Origin: Vicinamibacterales bacterium
GTDB taxonomy: Bacteria; Acidobacteriota; Vicinamibacteria; Vicinamibacterales; SCN-69-37
Direction: 5' to 3'
Length of the DNA: 64,000 bases
NCBI GenBank assembly: GCA_040902895.1
Contig: JBBDWL010000062.1
Coordinates: 74,894-138,893 of the forward strand
In this document: positions 10,121 through 19,734 of the stretch, in pieces
Position numbering within the stretch: position 1 is the first letter of the stretch
Layout: each line of letters opens with the position of its first letter
Position numbers and translations under genes: made by a program
The notes under the pieces: model-generated
Told to the model about the DNA's origin: nothing
Database searches by the model: none
Seen by the model: the letters and a program-made list of their open reading frames with translations, nothing else

Positions 10121-11878
10121 ATGGTTCTCCTGCTGGCTTGCCTCCTTGCGTCCGGCCTCCCTCTCCATCCGCCGCAGGCCCGCCCCGTTGTTGAGGAGCG
10201 TGTCGTCGTGACCGGCACCGCGGCTCCGGTGACGGAGCGCGCACTTGGACGGCCCGTCACGGTTCTCACCCGCGGCGACATCGAACGGTTCGGCGGCGGT
10301 GTGCTCGTCGATGTGCTGCGCCTCGCGCCGGGCGTCGACGTCCGCGCACGCGGCGAGCGAGGCGTGCAGGCCGACTTCGTCATCCGAGGCGCGAGCTTCG
10401 GTCAGGCGCTCGTGCTTCTCGACGGCATGCGGCTCAACGACGCGCAGTCGGGCCATCACAACGCCGACCTCCCGATTTCACCGGCGTCGATCGATCGCCT
10501 CGAGGTCGTCGCCGGCGCCGCATCGTCTGCGCACGGCGCCGACGCGTTCGGCGGCACGATCAACATCGTGACGCGCCGAGGCGCGTACCGCGAGGCAACG
10601 GCGGCAGGCGGATCGTTCGAGAGTGCGCGCGGCGAGGGTGCGATCGGCTGGGGACCGCTGGGCCTGGCCGCGTCGGCATGGGGCTCGCGGTCGGGCGGCT
10701 TCATGTTCGATCGCGACCATGCGATGGGCGGCGCCCGGCTCGCCGCAGCGCCCTCCTCTGGATCGCGGATATCGGCCGCGCACCTGCGAAAGGCGTTTGG
10801 CGCCAACGGCTTCTACGGGCCATCGCCATCGAAGGAATGGACCGACCACACGCTGTTGACGGCGTCAAGCGGACGCGCGAGCGATCGCTGGTCGATCGAC
10901 GCACGCGCGGCGTATCGCAATCACGGCGACCGCTTCCGGTGGGACATCGCCAGGCCGGGCTTCGCGGAAAATGTGCACCGCACAAATGCAGTGGACGCCA
11001 ACGTTCGCGTGGATCGCACCTTCTCGCGCGGCAGCCGTTTGACGCTTGGAGCCGCGGGCGGCGGCGACTGGATCGCGTCATCGAACCTTGGGGATCACAC
11101 ACAAGGCCGCGGATCTGCGTTCGCGCAGCTGCACGTGCCGGCCGCCTCGCGCTTCGTCATTCAACCCGCCGTTCGCGTCGATGCGTACTCGACGTTCGGC
11201 GCGGCCGTCTCGCCGTCGATTGCCTTGTCTGGATGGACGGACCGTGGCCTGCGCCTTCGCGCGTCAGCCGGCCGCGCCTTTCGCGCGCCGACATACACCG
11301 AGCGCTATTACACCGACCCGAATCATCGCGCGCAGGCCACACTCGAACCCGAACACGGCTGGACGCTCGATGGCGGCATCGACTGGCAGCGCGCGAGCTG
11401 GACGGCCTCGGCGACGCTCTTTCGCCGCTGGGATGCGAACGTGATTGACTGGGTGCGGGCGTCAGCGGCGGAGCGCTGGCAGACGACCAACGTGCACGAC
11501 GTCGACACGCATGGCGCGGAGCTGATGGTCGGCCGCGAGTTCGGCGGCGGCTTCGCGCGGCTCACGTATGCGTGGACCGACAGCAGCGCGCCCGCGCTGA
11601 CGCTCTTGTCGAAGTACGTGCTCGACTACACGCGGCACGCATTCGGCGCGCAGATCGCCGCGGAGCTTCCGGCGCGACTGCAGCTCTCGCTCCGTGCCGA
11701 CCATCGGCTGCGATCGGATCGGCAGACGTACACGCTCGTCGACGCACGCCTCGCGCGCCGGCTCAATCGCGTCACGATTTTTCTGGAAGGCGCGAATCTG
11801 ATTGACGAGACCTACACCGAGATTGCGGGCGTCGCGATGCCTGGGCAATCCGCCATGGCGGGCGTGACGATTCGATAG
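10121..11878 (+). CDS. TonB-dependent receptor (plug + barrel, BtuB-like size)
   Basis: VVVTGT TonB box, IRGASFGQALVLLDG, IDRLEVVAG..SS.HGADAFGGTINIVT, FRAPTYTERYY, LEPEHG. Confidence 0.88.
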   Translation: MVLLLACLLASGLPLHPPQARPVVEERVVVTGTAAPVTERALGRPVTVLTRGDIERFGGGVLVDVLRLAPGVDVRARGERGVQADFVIRGASFGQALVLLDGMRLNDAQSGHHNADLPISPASIDRLEVVAGAASSAHGADAFGGTINIVTRRGAYREATAAGGSFESARGEGAIGWGPLGLAASAWGSRSGGFMFDRDHAMGGARLAAAPSSGSRISAAHLRKAFGANGFYGPSPSKEWTDHTLLTASSGRASDRWSIDARAAYRNHGDRFRWDIARPGFAENVHRTNAVDANVRVDRTFSRGSRLTLGAAGGGDWIASSNLGDHTQGRGSAFAQLHVPAASRFVIQPAVRVDAYSTFGAAVSPSIALSGWTDRGLRLRASAGRAFRAPTYTERYYTDPNHRAQATLEPEHGWTLDGGIDWQRASWTASATLFRRWDANVIDWVRASAAERWQTTNVHDVDTHGAELMVGREFGGGFARLTYAWTDSSAPALTLLSKYVLDYTRHAFGAQIAAELPARLQLSLRADHRLRSDRQTYTLVDARLARRLNRVTIFLEGANLIDETYTEIAGVAMPGQSAMAGVTIR

Positions 11879-11879
11879 T

Positions 11880-12338
11880 TCAACGGGGATCCTCACCGCC
11901 GCCGAGCGACTCAATATCGGCCAGATCCTGCAGGCGTCCGCTGGCTCGCTTGTTCTTGACGAACGCGGCGCGACCGATGAACGACACGGCGTGATCTCCG
12001 CAGGTACCGGGTGCCCGGGTAGACCACACTTCATCCCAGGACACACCTGAGATGTCGCTCATGACGTGAATCTGCACCGGCTCAAGGCCCATCTGAATAA
12101 CCTTGCGTCCTGAAGCCACATCGGCCGCGGTAAACGCGCTGGTTGGAAACCCGAAGGCTGCGATGGCTGCCGCGAGGCGCTCGCCATTCTCGACTGTCGG
12201 TCTGACGAGGATGTCAAAGTCGCCCGTGAACCTGGGGTGGCCGTGAAACGCAAGCGCATACGCGCCCACGATCACGAACTCAACGCGGTGTTCGTTCAGT
12301 AACCCGCAGAACTCGTTGAAGTCTGGTGCGAGATCCAT
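11880..12338 (-). CDS. Minimal nucleotidyltransferase-fold protein
   Basis: IVGAYALAFHGHPRFTGDFDI (G...DxD) and C-terminal KRASGRLQDLAD, typical of DUF6036-like nucleotidyltransferases. Confidence 0.85.
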   Translation of the reverse strand: MDLAPDFNEFCGLLNEHRVEFVIVGAYALAFHGHPRFTGDFDILVRPTVENGERLAAAIAAFGFPTSAFTAADVASGRKVIQMGLEPVQIHVMSDISGVSWDEVWSTRAPGTCGDHAVSFIGRAAFVKNKRASGRLQDLADIESLGGGEDPR

Positions 12339-12480
12339 GTACCTGATTTCGAAGGAACTCGACGGCCGCGATTCTCTCCTCCTGCGGCCGGGAGCGCCAG
12401 TACGCCAGACTGTCCGCCTGCCCGCGGTGCTGCGCCGATGAAATGACGGCGATGGCTTTTTGGATTCTGAAGGAGCTCAC
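12280..12480 (-). CDS. Small partner protein of the nucleotidyltransferase (putative antitoxin)
   Basis: GTG 12480 lies 6 nt after TATACT. Contains DSLAYWRSRPQEERIAAVEFLR...RLQRVLRV and overlaps the NTase start. Confidence 0.65.
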   Translation of the reverse strand: MSSFRIQKAIAVISSAQHRGQADSLAYWRSRPQEERIAAVEFLRNQVHGSRTRLQRVLRVTERTPR

Positions 12481-12553
12481 AACGGCAGTATAGCGCTCCC
12501 GGGCCGGCCGGAAAGCATCTCTGGTGGCCGCGCAGGCGGAGGAGAACCGTAGG

Positions 12554-13138
12554 TCAACGCAGCAGATCCTTGTACCAGAGTAGTTGGATCTCCTCAGGAA
12601 AGGTAGGATAAGCAGCCCGGTGGATCGCTCGTAGCTGGCATCCCTGCCGTTCGTAAAACCGGCATGCTCGCACGTTCGTATTCTGAGTCTCGGCCTTGAG
12701 CTGCCTGCAACCGTGCAGCCGTGCCCATGCCTCGACTCTCTCGAAAAGCGCAGTGCCAACGCCTTGGCCGCGAGCGTCTGGAGACACGCGAAGGTCCCAC
12801 AGGATTGCGAGATCACGCCGGCCTTCCAACATCGTCATGCCAGGAGTGTCGAATGCGACGGCGGCCCGACCGACTCTCCGGTTCCTGTCGCGTGCCGTAA
12901 AGAGGGCCCAGTTCGAAAGATCGAAATGACGCTCCCACTCCGGCGGTCCCTCGCCGCCGATTGCGTCGTAGTCCTTCTCATAGGGGACGTCGAGGCGGCG
13001 CTCCGAGAATACGAACTCCCCGCGATCATCAACGCGATCCGCCACGTCCAGTACTCGATCGACGGTGAAGGCAATGGGAACGCGTCCGTACTCCGGGAGG
13101 GCTGTGATCGCTTCGTCGGTGAGCTCGATTTTCATCAC
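12554..13138 (-). CDS. GNAT acetyltransferase (streptothricin acetyltransferase SatA-like)
   Basis: WDLRVSPDARGQGVGTAL and ETQNTNVRACRFYERQG. Confidence 0.85.
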   Translation of the reverse strand: MMKIELTDEAITALPEYGRVPIAFTVDRVLDVADRVDDRGEFVFSERRLDVPYEKDYDAIGGEGPPEWERHFDLSNWALFTARDRNRRVGRAAVAFDTPGMTMLEGRRDLAILWDLRVSPDARGQGVGTALFERVEAWARLHGCRQLKAETQNTNVRACRFYERQGCQLRAIHRAAYPTFPEEIQLLWYKDLLR

Positions 13139-13199
13139 GCCATAGCCCTTCCATCCGGCCTCATTTTATGAACATTCTGGTGCACTATTGCGGGGCCAC

Positions 13200-13844
13200 A
13201 TGAACAAGCCTTTACGCCGTACGGCGGTCATCATCGGTGCTTCCTCAGGCATCGGAGAAGCGCTTGCCCACGAATTGAACCGTGCCGATTGGCATCTGGG
13301 ACTCCTGGCCCGCAGGCTCGATCGACTTGAGACCCTTCGGGAAACGCTCGCGCAAGAAACGGTCGTGCGCGCCTTCGACGTGACGCAACCAGATGCCGCA
13401 GCGATTCTCGAGCACGTACTCGACGAGCTCGGTGGTGTTGACCTCGTCATCATCAGTGCGGGCACAGGACACAATGCGGCCCTGGATTGGGAGCTGGATC
13501 TCGATACGGTGACGGTGAATGTTCTGGGCTTCATGGCAGTGGCCCAGGCGGCGATGCGCTACTTTCTCAGACGTGGGAGCGGACACTTGGTAGGGATTTC
13601 ATCGGTTGCAGCGCGCCGCGGCAATCGCGCGTCGGCCTACGCGGCTTCGAAAGCCTTTCAGTCGGTGTATCTCGGTGGCCTTCGGGATGTGGCGCGGCAT
13701 AGCGGACGGTTAGTCGTCGCTTCTCCTGTAAAGGCCGCCAGGCAAATCCTTCGAGCGGTTCAGAAACGAAAGAAGCATGCGTACATTACGAGACGGTATG
13801 CGCTGGTCGCTTTCATCCTGAAGCTCCTACCGCGACCCGGTTAG
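13200..13844 (+). CDS. SDR oxidoreductase, apparently with an internal deletion
   Basis: GASSGIG, ISAG, ISSVAA and YAASK are present. The usual PGFVDT segment after the catalytic helix is missing. Confidence 0.75.
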   Translation: MNKPLRRTAVIIGASSGIGEALAHELNRADWHLGLLARRLDRLETLRETLAQETVVRAFDVTQPDAAAILEHVLDELGGVDLVIISAGTGHNAALDWELDLDTVTVNVLGFMAVAQAAMRYFLRRGSGHLVGISSVAARRGNRASAYAASKAFQSVYLGGLRDVARHSGRLVVASPVKAARQILRAVQKRKKHAYITRRYALVAFILKLLPRPG

Positions 13845-13855
13845 GGAAACCGGCG

Positions 13856-16132
13856 CTAGCGCAGACGCACCTTCACCTGACGGCCGCTGAAGGTGATCGA
13901 TCTCGAGATGTCAGTCCCGGCCAGGCGCACGAGGATGCGCCGGGCGGCGCTCACCGTGCGGCTCCCGGGCGTGCGCACCACCGTCAGCTCGCGCGCAGTG
14001 TCATTCCACGTCGCCGCCAGCTTCAAGTACTCACCGCGACGATAGTCGAACGTCGCGCCGTCATCCTCGTACAAGCCGCCCGTGCCGTCATCGCCGGGAT
14101 AGACGACGAGCTCCAAAGGTGCATCGACGCGCTGGCCGGTCCACTGCTTCACCGGACCCATTGGCAGTATCGCTCCCGCGCGCGCGTAGATTGGCATGGT
14201 CTCGAGATCGACAGGCCGTTCGATTTCTCGTCCGCCTTCGACCCGCGCGTTCGTCCAGAAATCAAACCATGCTCCGCGCGGCAGGTAGACACGCCGCGAC
14301 GTCGCGCCTTTTTCCGTGACAGGCGCGATGAGCATGTCCCGGCCCCAGAGAAACTGATCGCCGCGCTTCGCCGCCTCGGGGTCGTCGGGATAATGCAGCC
14401 AGAGCGATCGCATCAGCGGCACTCCGGTTTCGTGGCACTCCCGCACGGCCGTGTAGATGTAGGGCAGCAGGCGGTAGCGGAGCTCGAGGTACTTGCGCAC
14501 GATCGGCTCGACGTGCGGATTGCGCAGCTCCTGCGGATCCGGATCGGCCGCGCCGCCGGTGTAGTTGCGGATTTCACTCGGACCGAGCTCGCCGCGATTC
14601 CATCCCCACGGCAGGCGCAGATGCCAGTTGCGTCCATGCGCGCGGAACGACGGGCAGAACGCCCCGAATTGGAACCAGCGCACATGCAGCTCGCCCGTGT
14701 AGTCCTTCGTGGGAACGAAGCCCCCAATGTCGGTGCCCCAGTACGGAATGCCCGACAGGCCTGTGTTCACCGCAACCGGCACGTGTGTGCGTAGCGTTTC
14801 CCACGTCGAGTACACGTCGCCGCTCCAGAGAAACGAGGCGTACCGCTGCATGCCTGCATAGCCGTTCCGATGCAGCGCGAACGGCCGCTCGTTGGGCCGA
14901 TAGAGCTGGGGCCCCTCCCAGTACATCCGGTTGCGGGTCAGGCGCGAGCGCGCATCGAGACCGTCCCCTTGATCGGGCCACCAGCCGTCGACGCCGATGT
15001 CGAACAGCGGCTTGTGGTACGGCCAGTAACACGGAACGCTGCGGTCTGCGGGCCAGCGGTCGTCGGACGTGCGGCCGCTCGGCACCGCATTCTCTGGCGT
15101 GCACGGATCCATTACGGTTCCGTTGAGCCTGCGGCCTTCGATGACGATGTGAAGGGCAACCTTGTAGTTGAGCGCGTGCAGGTCGTCGATGGCCTTCTTC
15201 GGATCGGGGAAGTTGCCTTTGTGCCAGTTGAACTCGCCGTTGCGCGTGTTCCATCCCGACGGCGTGAACTCAGTGCCGAGATAGATCAGCGCGTCGCACG
15301 GCAGCTTCTTCTCGCGGAACGTGCGCGCTACCCACATGATTTCGCCGGGTCCGGCAAGCGTGCGGTGCGACTGCATGTAACCAAGCGACCAGAGCGGCGG
15401 CATCTCGGCAAACCCGGTGATACGCGCGTACTCGCGCATCAGCGCCAGCGGGTCGGCCGATGCGGCGATGAAGATGTCGATGGGAAGCGCGGGCGCGTTC
15501 TCGCCATGCGGGCTGAACTTGCCGACGTCATCCCCGGAGCTGGTGAAGTCGAACGCTCCGAGCGGATGGTGGATGAACATGCCCCAGCCGTCGGCGGTCG
15601 CCACCATCCATTGCACCGGCACGCGGCCGCCATGCGTGCGCAGCTGAAAACCGCCCTGTCCGCTGCGGCCGCGATCAACGGTGCCTTTGCGATCGAACTG
15701 CGGACCGCCCGCGCCAAGGCCCAGCAGCGGTCCGCTTCCCATCAGAAATGCGAAGCCTGGCGCTGATGGGTTGAGAGTAATGCGCTGCAGCAGCGTGCCG
15801 CCGCGATGGACCTCGATCGCTGTGCCCGCGCGCCGCACGGTGCAGCCGCCAGCGCGAACCTGCGTGCCACTCGCCTGCGCACGGCCCGCAGGCTTACCTG
15901 TGGCTGCGGCCACCAGCGCGCCGTCGATCGGTACCTGCGTGACCGCGCCACCTGCGGCCACCGCTGTCAGCCGCAGTGTCGACGGGCTGACCTCAGAGAC
16001 GATGACGTCGACCGGCGCACCGGCTGACTGCAGGCCTTCGAACAAGCCGCGAATGGCCCCGGGCGGAAGCCCGAGCAACGCACCAGCAGCCGCCAGCTGT
16101 TTGATGACGTCGCGTCGCGCAACCACCGCCAT
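13856..16132 (-). CDS. GH31 alpha-glucosidase/alpha-xylosidase with Tat signal
   Basis: ARRDVIK twin-arginine motif, PPLWSLGYMQS, DGWWPDQGD, WSGDV, WGTDIGGF, RYRLLPYIY. Confidence 0.92.
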   Translation of the reverse strand: MAVVARRDVIKQLAAAGALLGLPPGAIRGLFEGLQSAGAPVDVIVSEVSPSTLRLTAVAAGGAVTQVPIDGALVAAATGKPAGRAQASGTQVRAGGCTVRRAGTAIEVHRGGTLLQRITLNPSAPGFAFLMGSGPLLGLGAGGPQFDRKGTVDRGRSGQGGFQLRTHGGRVPVQWMVATADGWGMFIHHPLGAFDFTSSGDDVGKFSPHGENAPALPIDIFIAASADPLALMREYARITGFAEMPPLWSLGYMQSHRTLAGPGEIMWVARTFREKKLPCDALIYLGTEFTPSGWNTRNGEFNWHKGNFPDPKKAIDDLHALNYKVALHIVIEGRRLNGTVMDPCTPENAVPSGRTSDDRWPADRSVPCYWPYHKPLFDIGVDGWWPDQGDGLDARSRLTRNRMYWEGPQLYRPNERPFALHRNGYAGMQRYASFLWSGDVYSTWETLRTHVPVAVNTGLSGIPYWGTDIGGFVPTKDYTGELHVRWFQFGAFCPSFRAHGRNWHLRLPWGWNRGELGPSEIRNYTGGAADPDPQELRNPHVEPIVRKYLELRYRLLPYIYTAVRECHETGVPLMRSLWLHYPDDPEAAKRGDQFLWGRDMLIAPVTEKGATSRRVYLPRGAWFDFWTNARVEGGREIERPVDLETMPIYARAGAILPMGPVKQWTGQRVDAPLELVVYPGDDGTGGLYEDDGATFDYRRGEYLKLAATWNDTARELTVVRTPGSRTVSAARRILVRLAGTDISRSITFSGRQVKVRLR

Positions 16133-16153
16133 CTGTCTCCTGTCTCCTGTCTT
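16133..16153. repeat. Three tandem 7-bp repeats filling the intergenic spacer (includes the RBS of GH31)
   Basis: CTGTCTC CTGTCTC CTGTCTT. On the - strand this reads AAGACAGGAGACAGGAGACAG-ATG. Confidence 0.6.
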
Positions 16154-18484
16154 CTATTTCAGCGTGACGTGCACATAGACGGAGTGTCGCCCGTAGGTCT
16201 CATAGAACGGCTTCAGCACCGCTCCGTCGACGCTGAAACGGAGCGTTGCCGGATCCCCCGTGATCGCCTTGCCGATGTCGGCGGCGTCGAGCGTGACCTG
16301 GCGCCAGTCGGTTCGTGGGCCTGACTCCTCGGCGGCCAGCAGCACCGGACCGTAGAAGATGCTGGCAACGTTCGGCTGATCGACGACGTGATCCAGGTGG
16401 AAGCCAAACGGCATGCGCACCTCGATCGTGTCGTTGGCGCGCCAGTTCCGCGCGATCGTGAGGTAGGTGCCAGGCACCGCGTTGAGCTTCTGCTCCTGCC
16501 CGTTGATCTTCACAAAGAAGCCGCGGGTCGCCCAGCGCGGCACGCGGATCTTCATGTCGAACGGCCCGCTCCCCTTCACGACGAGCCGTGTCGTGTCGGC
16601 ATAGGGGAAATCCGTCATCTGCTGCACGACGATCTTGCGGTCGGTCCAGTTCAGCGTCGACGGGATAAAAAGATTGACGTAGAGCGCCTTGTTGTCGGCG
16701 CTCCTGAAGTAGATGGTGTCCTGCAGCTTCGTGTTGCTCTCGAGCGCCGTGCCGTTGCAGCACGTGAAGCCGGTCATGCCGGCATTGCCGAACCGCTTCT
16801 GCGCGCCCGGATTGAGCGGGACGTGGTACGTGTTCCCGGGCGTGTCCTCGGCAACCGACGCGAGGATGTGGTTATAGAGCGCGCGCTCGTAGTGGTCCAT
16901 GTACTTCGCGGTCTGGTCGTACATGAACAGCTGGCGATCGAGCTTCAGCAGGTTGTACGTGGCGCACGTCTCGTTCTGTCCCTGGGCGTTGAAGCCGTTC
17001 TGCCAGAGCGTGTGGGGCTCGGCGGTGAAGCACTCGGAGTTGCTCGGCGTGCGCGCGCCGGCCACTCCCCCGATGCTGTACATGTAGCCGCGATTCACCA
17101 TGTCCCAGAAGTTGCTGGCGATCAGGTAATACGGCATCTCCTGCGTGTTGCGGAAGGTCTCGAGCGCGCCGGTGATCTGCGGGATGTGCTGGTTGGCGTG
17201 CTTGCCGCGGATCGTATCGACGTTCTTCGCCAGCCCGTGATCGTGGGTGGCGTTGCCGAAGAAAAAGTTCGTGTTGTCGAACAGCTTCGCGCCGTCCAGG
17301 AACTGCCGGTCGCCCGTGAGACGGAACAGGCGCGCCATGACTTCGTTCATGCCGCCGTACTCCCCGGCGATGTACGTGCTCCACATCTTCGTGCGGGTCT
17401 CAGGCGGCACGGCGCTTAACCGCGCCTGCACCCACGCGCCCATGCCCGTCGCGACGTCCAGGGCCTTCTTGTTCCCCGCAACCTCGTAGGCGTCGACCAG
17501 ACCCGACAGGATCTTGTGCAGCGTGTAGTACGGCGCCCAGATGCTCAGATCTGGGTTCCCGCCCCGCGGCGTGCGGTACTCCGCACCCTTCTCGAGCATG
17601 ATGAACTGGTCGGGCGGATAGCCGCTGATGAAGCCCTTGCCCCAGTTTTCGTAGTCGGTGCGGATCTGACCCGCGCGCAGATTGGAGTCGTAGCCCTTCC
17701 GGCCAGGACCGGGGGGTACCTTCGTTGGATCCGCGACTTTGCTTCCCGACAGCTGCGACAGCTCGTACAACGTGTCCACCATATAGTTCAATTTCTGGAG
17801 GAAGTTGGCGCGCAGCGCCTCGTCATACGTCGTGCTCTCGTAGGCCTGCGCGATCGCTGTGAGGTAATGGCCGGTGGCGTGACCTCGCAGCCGCGTGGTC
17901 TGGTCGTCCCACCCCCCGAGCTGCTTCACGCCCGCCGGCTGCGGCTGGCCGAAGGCCTCCCTGAAGTTGTAGAGAAAGCTGTCGGGATTGCTGGCCGCCA
18001 GGCCGCGGATGAATTTGTCCCGGTTCTTGATGAATGGCGTGTCTCGGCCTCGAGTGTCGTTATCGAGGACGACGTCCGCGAGCGGAAACGCTTCCGCCAG
18101 ACGGGCCGGCGGTGTCGTCGTCCCGACAGGCACCTTGACGATGACGGTGGCCTTCGGCTGAAACGAGGTGCCGGGCACATTGCCCGTCACCGTGTAGGTG
18201 CCGGGCGCCTTGACCGCGCTGTTGTCGGTCGGCGACGGCCAGATCACGCGCACTTCACCGTTCCCGCCGCCGCGGTAAACCGCGGGAACAGTCGCTTGCA
18301 GGCGAGGCAGCGTCCCGACTGTGGTTTGAACCGTGATGTCGGGCACGGACACGACTCGCGACGCGAACGGCGATGCCTTCGGGATGGCGTCCGTCGGGAT
18401 AGGCGCCGGCGGCGGCCCGCCCCGCTGCGCCGCCGACAGCGCGCCGAATGAAATCACAAGCCCGATCAAAAACAGCCGTTTCAT
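16154..18484 (-). CDS. Beta-L-arabinofuranosidase-like GH146/GH127 (DUF1680) with N-terminal Ig-like domain
   Basis: Signal peptide, GGWD..LRGHATGHYL, WAPYYTLHKI, EYGGMNE, HANQHIPQ, ETCATYNLLKL, TCCNGT. Confidence 0.9.
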   Translation of the reverse strand: MKRLFLIGLVISFGALSAAQRGGPPPAPIPTDAIPKASPFASRVVSVPDITVQTTVGTLPRLQATVPAVYRGGGNGEVRVIWPSPTDNSAVKAPGTYTVTGNVPGTSFQPKATVIVKVPVGTTTPPARLAEAFPLADVVLDNDTRGRDTPFIKNRDKFIRGLAASNPDSFLYNFREAFGQPQPAGVKQLGGWDDQTTRLRGHATGHYLTAIAQAYESTTYDEALRANFLQKLNYMVDTLYELSQLSGSKVADPTKVPPGPGRKGYDSNLRAGQIRTDYENWGKGFISGYPPDQFIMLEKGAEYRTPRGGNPDLSIWAPYYTLHKILSGLVDAYEVAGNKKALDVATGMGAWVQARLSAVPPETRTKMWSTYIAGEYGGMNEVMARLFRLTGDRQFLDGAKLFDNTNFFFGNATHDHGLAKNVDTIRGKHANQHIPQITGALETFRNTQEMPYYLIASNFWDMVNRGYMYSIGGVAGARTPSNSECFTAEPHTLWQNGFNAQGQNETCATYNLLKLDRQLFMYDQTAKYMDHYERALYNHILASVAEDTPGNTYHVPLNPGAQKRFGNAGMTGFTCCNGTALESNTKLQDTIYFRSADNKALYVNLFIPSTLNWTDRKIVVQQMTDFPYADTTRLVVKGSGPFDMKIRVPRWATRGFFVKINGQEQKLNAVPGTYLTIARNWRANDTIEVRMPFGFHLDHVVDQPNVASIFYGPVLLAAEESGPRTDWRQVTLDAADIGKAITGDPATLRFSVDGAVLKPFYETYGRHSVYVHVTLK

Positions 18485-19671
18485 CGCTGGACTCCAAATC
18501 TGTAAACCGTGCGGGTGCGGTACGTCTCACCCGGCTTCAGCAAAGTGCTTGGGAACGACGACTTGTTGGGCGAGTCGGGGAAATGTTGCGTCTCGAGGCA
18601 GAAGCCGGTGCGATGCGCGTAGACCGCGCCGTCCTTGCCCGTGATGCTTCCGTCGAGAAAGTTGCCCGAATAAAACTGGAGGCCGGGCTCGGTCGTGGAC
18701 ACTTCCAGCGTGCGCCCGCTCTTCGGCTCGTACGCGCGAGCGACGCGCCGGAAGCCTGACCCGTTGGTGACCCAGTTGTGGTCGTAGCCTTTGCCGAACA
18801 CAAGCTGCTGGTCTCCCGATTGATTAATCCGTGCGCCGATCGCCGTGGACTGCCTGAAGTCGAACGGCGTTCCCGCCACCGGCGCGAGCTCACCGGTCGG
18901 GATCAGCGTGTCATCAACGGGGGTGTAACGATCGGCATCAATCATCAGCTCGTGGCCGAGGATATCGCCGGCGTTGTGACCGGCCAGATTGAAGTAGCTG
19001 TGGTGCGTGAGGTTGACGTGCGTCGGCTTGTCGGTGGTGGCCTCGTAATCGATGGCCAGCTCATTGTTGTTGGTCAGCGTATACGTGACCTTCACCGCTA
19101 GATTGCCAGGATAGCCCTCTTCACCGTCGGCGCTCGTGCGCGTAAAGACAATGCGCTGCGCGCCGCCTGACGCGTCAGGCTCGGCTTTCCAGACGACTTT
19201 GTCGAACCCCTTGACCCCGCCGTGCAGGTGGTTCGGCCCGTTGTTGGCCGCAAGGGGGTAATTCGTCCCGTCAATCGCGAAGCGGGCCTTGCCGATGCGG
19301 TTGCCGTAGCGGCCGATGATCGCGCCGAAGTACGGCGGCTCATTCAGATAGCCGTCGACGCGGTCGAAGCCCAGCACGATGTCGGCCATCGCGCCGCTGC
19401 GATCGGGCGTCTTGAGGTGTGTGACGATGCCGCCCAAAGAGATGACGCGCATCTCGATGCCGTTGGCGTTGCGGAGCGTGAATGTCTCCACGGGTTGTCC
19501 GTCCTGGGAAGTGCCGAAGGCGGCGCGTGAAATGGCGGGCGGCGGCGAGGGCGGGGTTGGCGGTGATGCGGGCTCAGGGCCGCCTTTTGGACCCTCGCAG
19601 CCGTAGATGAATCCGCCGCAGCCGGCCACCGCCAGGGCAAGAGTCAGCACCGCATATCTCGAGCCTCGCAT
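18481..19671 (-). CDS. galM: Aldose 1-epimerase (mutarotase), exported/lipoprotein-like
   Basis: YFGAIIGRYGNRI, NHLHGG, EGYPGNL, NLTHHSYFNL, GYDHN, QFYSGNFL, FCLETQHFPDSPN. GGAGG ribosome binding site upstream of ATG 19671. Confidence 0.93.
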   Translation of the reverse strand: MRGSRYAVLTLALAVAGCGGFIYGCEGPKGGPEPASPPTPPSPPPAISRAAFGTSQDGQPVETFTLRNANGIEMRVISLGGIVTHLKTPDRSGAMADIVLGFDRVDGYLNEPPYFGAIIGRYGNRIGKARFAIDGTNYPLAANNGPNHLHGGVKGFDKVVWKAEPDASGGAQRIVFTRTSADGEEGYPGNLAVKVTYTLTNNNELAIDYEATTDKPTHVNLTHHSYFNLAGHNAGDILGHELMIDADRYTPVDDTLIPTGELAPVAGTPFDFRQSTAIGARINQSGDQQLVFGKGYDHNWVTNGSGFRRVARAYEPKSGRTLEVSTTEPGLQFYSGNFLDGSITGKDGAVYAHRTGFCLETQHFPDSPNKSSFPSTLLKPGETYRTRTVYRFGVQR

Positions 19672-19699
19672 CACGCGCTCCCCCTCCGTTTTCGGGCAT

Positions 19700-19713
19700 T
19701 GTAAGCGATTCCA
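19700..19713. promoter_or_regulatory. LacI-family operator-like site between divergent galM and sugar ABC genes
   Basis: TGTAAGCGATTCCA shares its left half-site with 2558-2571. Confidence 0.65.
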
Positions 19714-19734
19714 CAACATCCGGGCCGAGGTATC

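Noticed and set aside
10121-11878. btuB with a cobalamin riboswitch
   Set aside because: There is no upstream space for a riboswitch and the substrate cannot be assigned from sequence.
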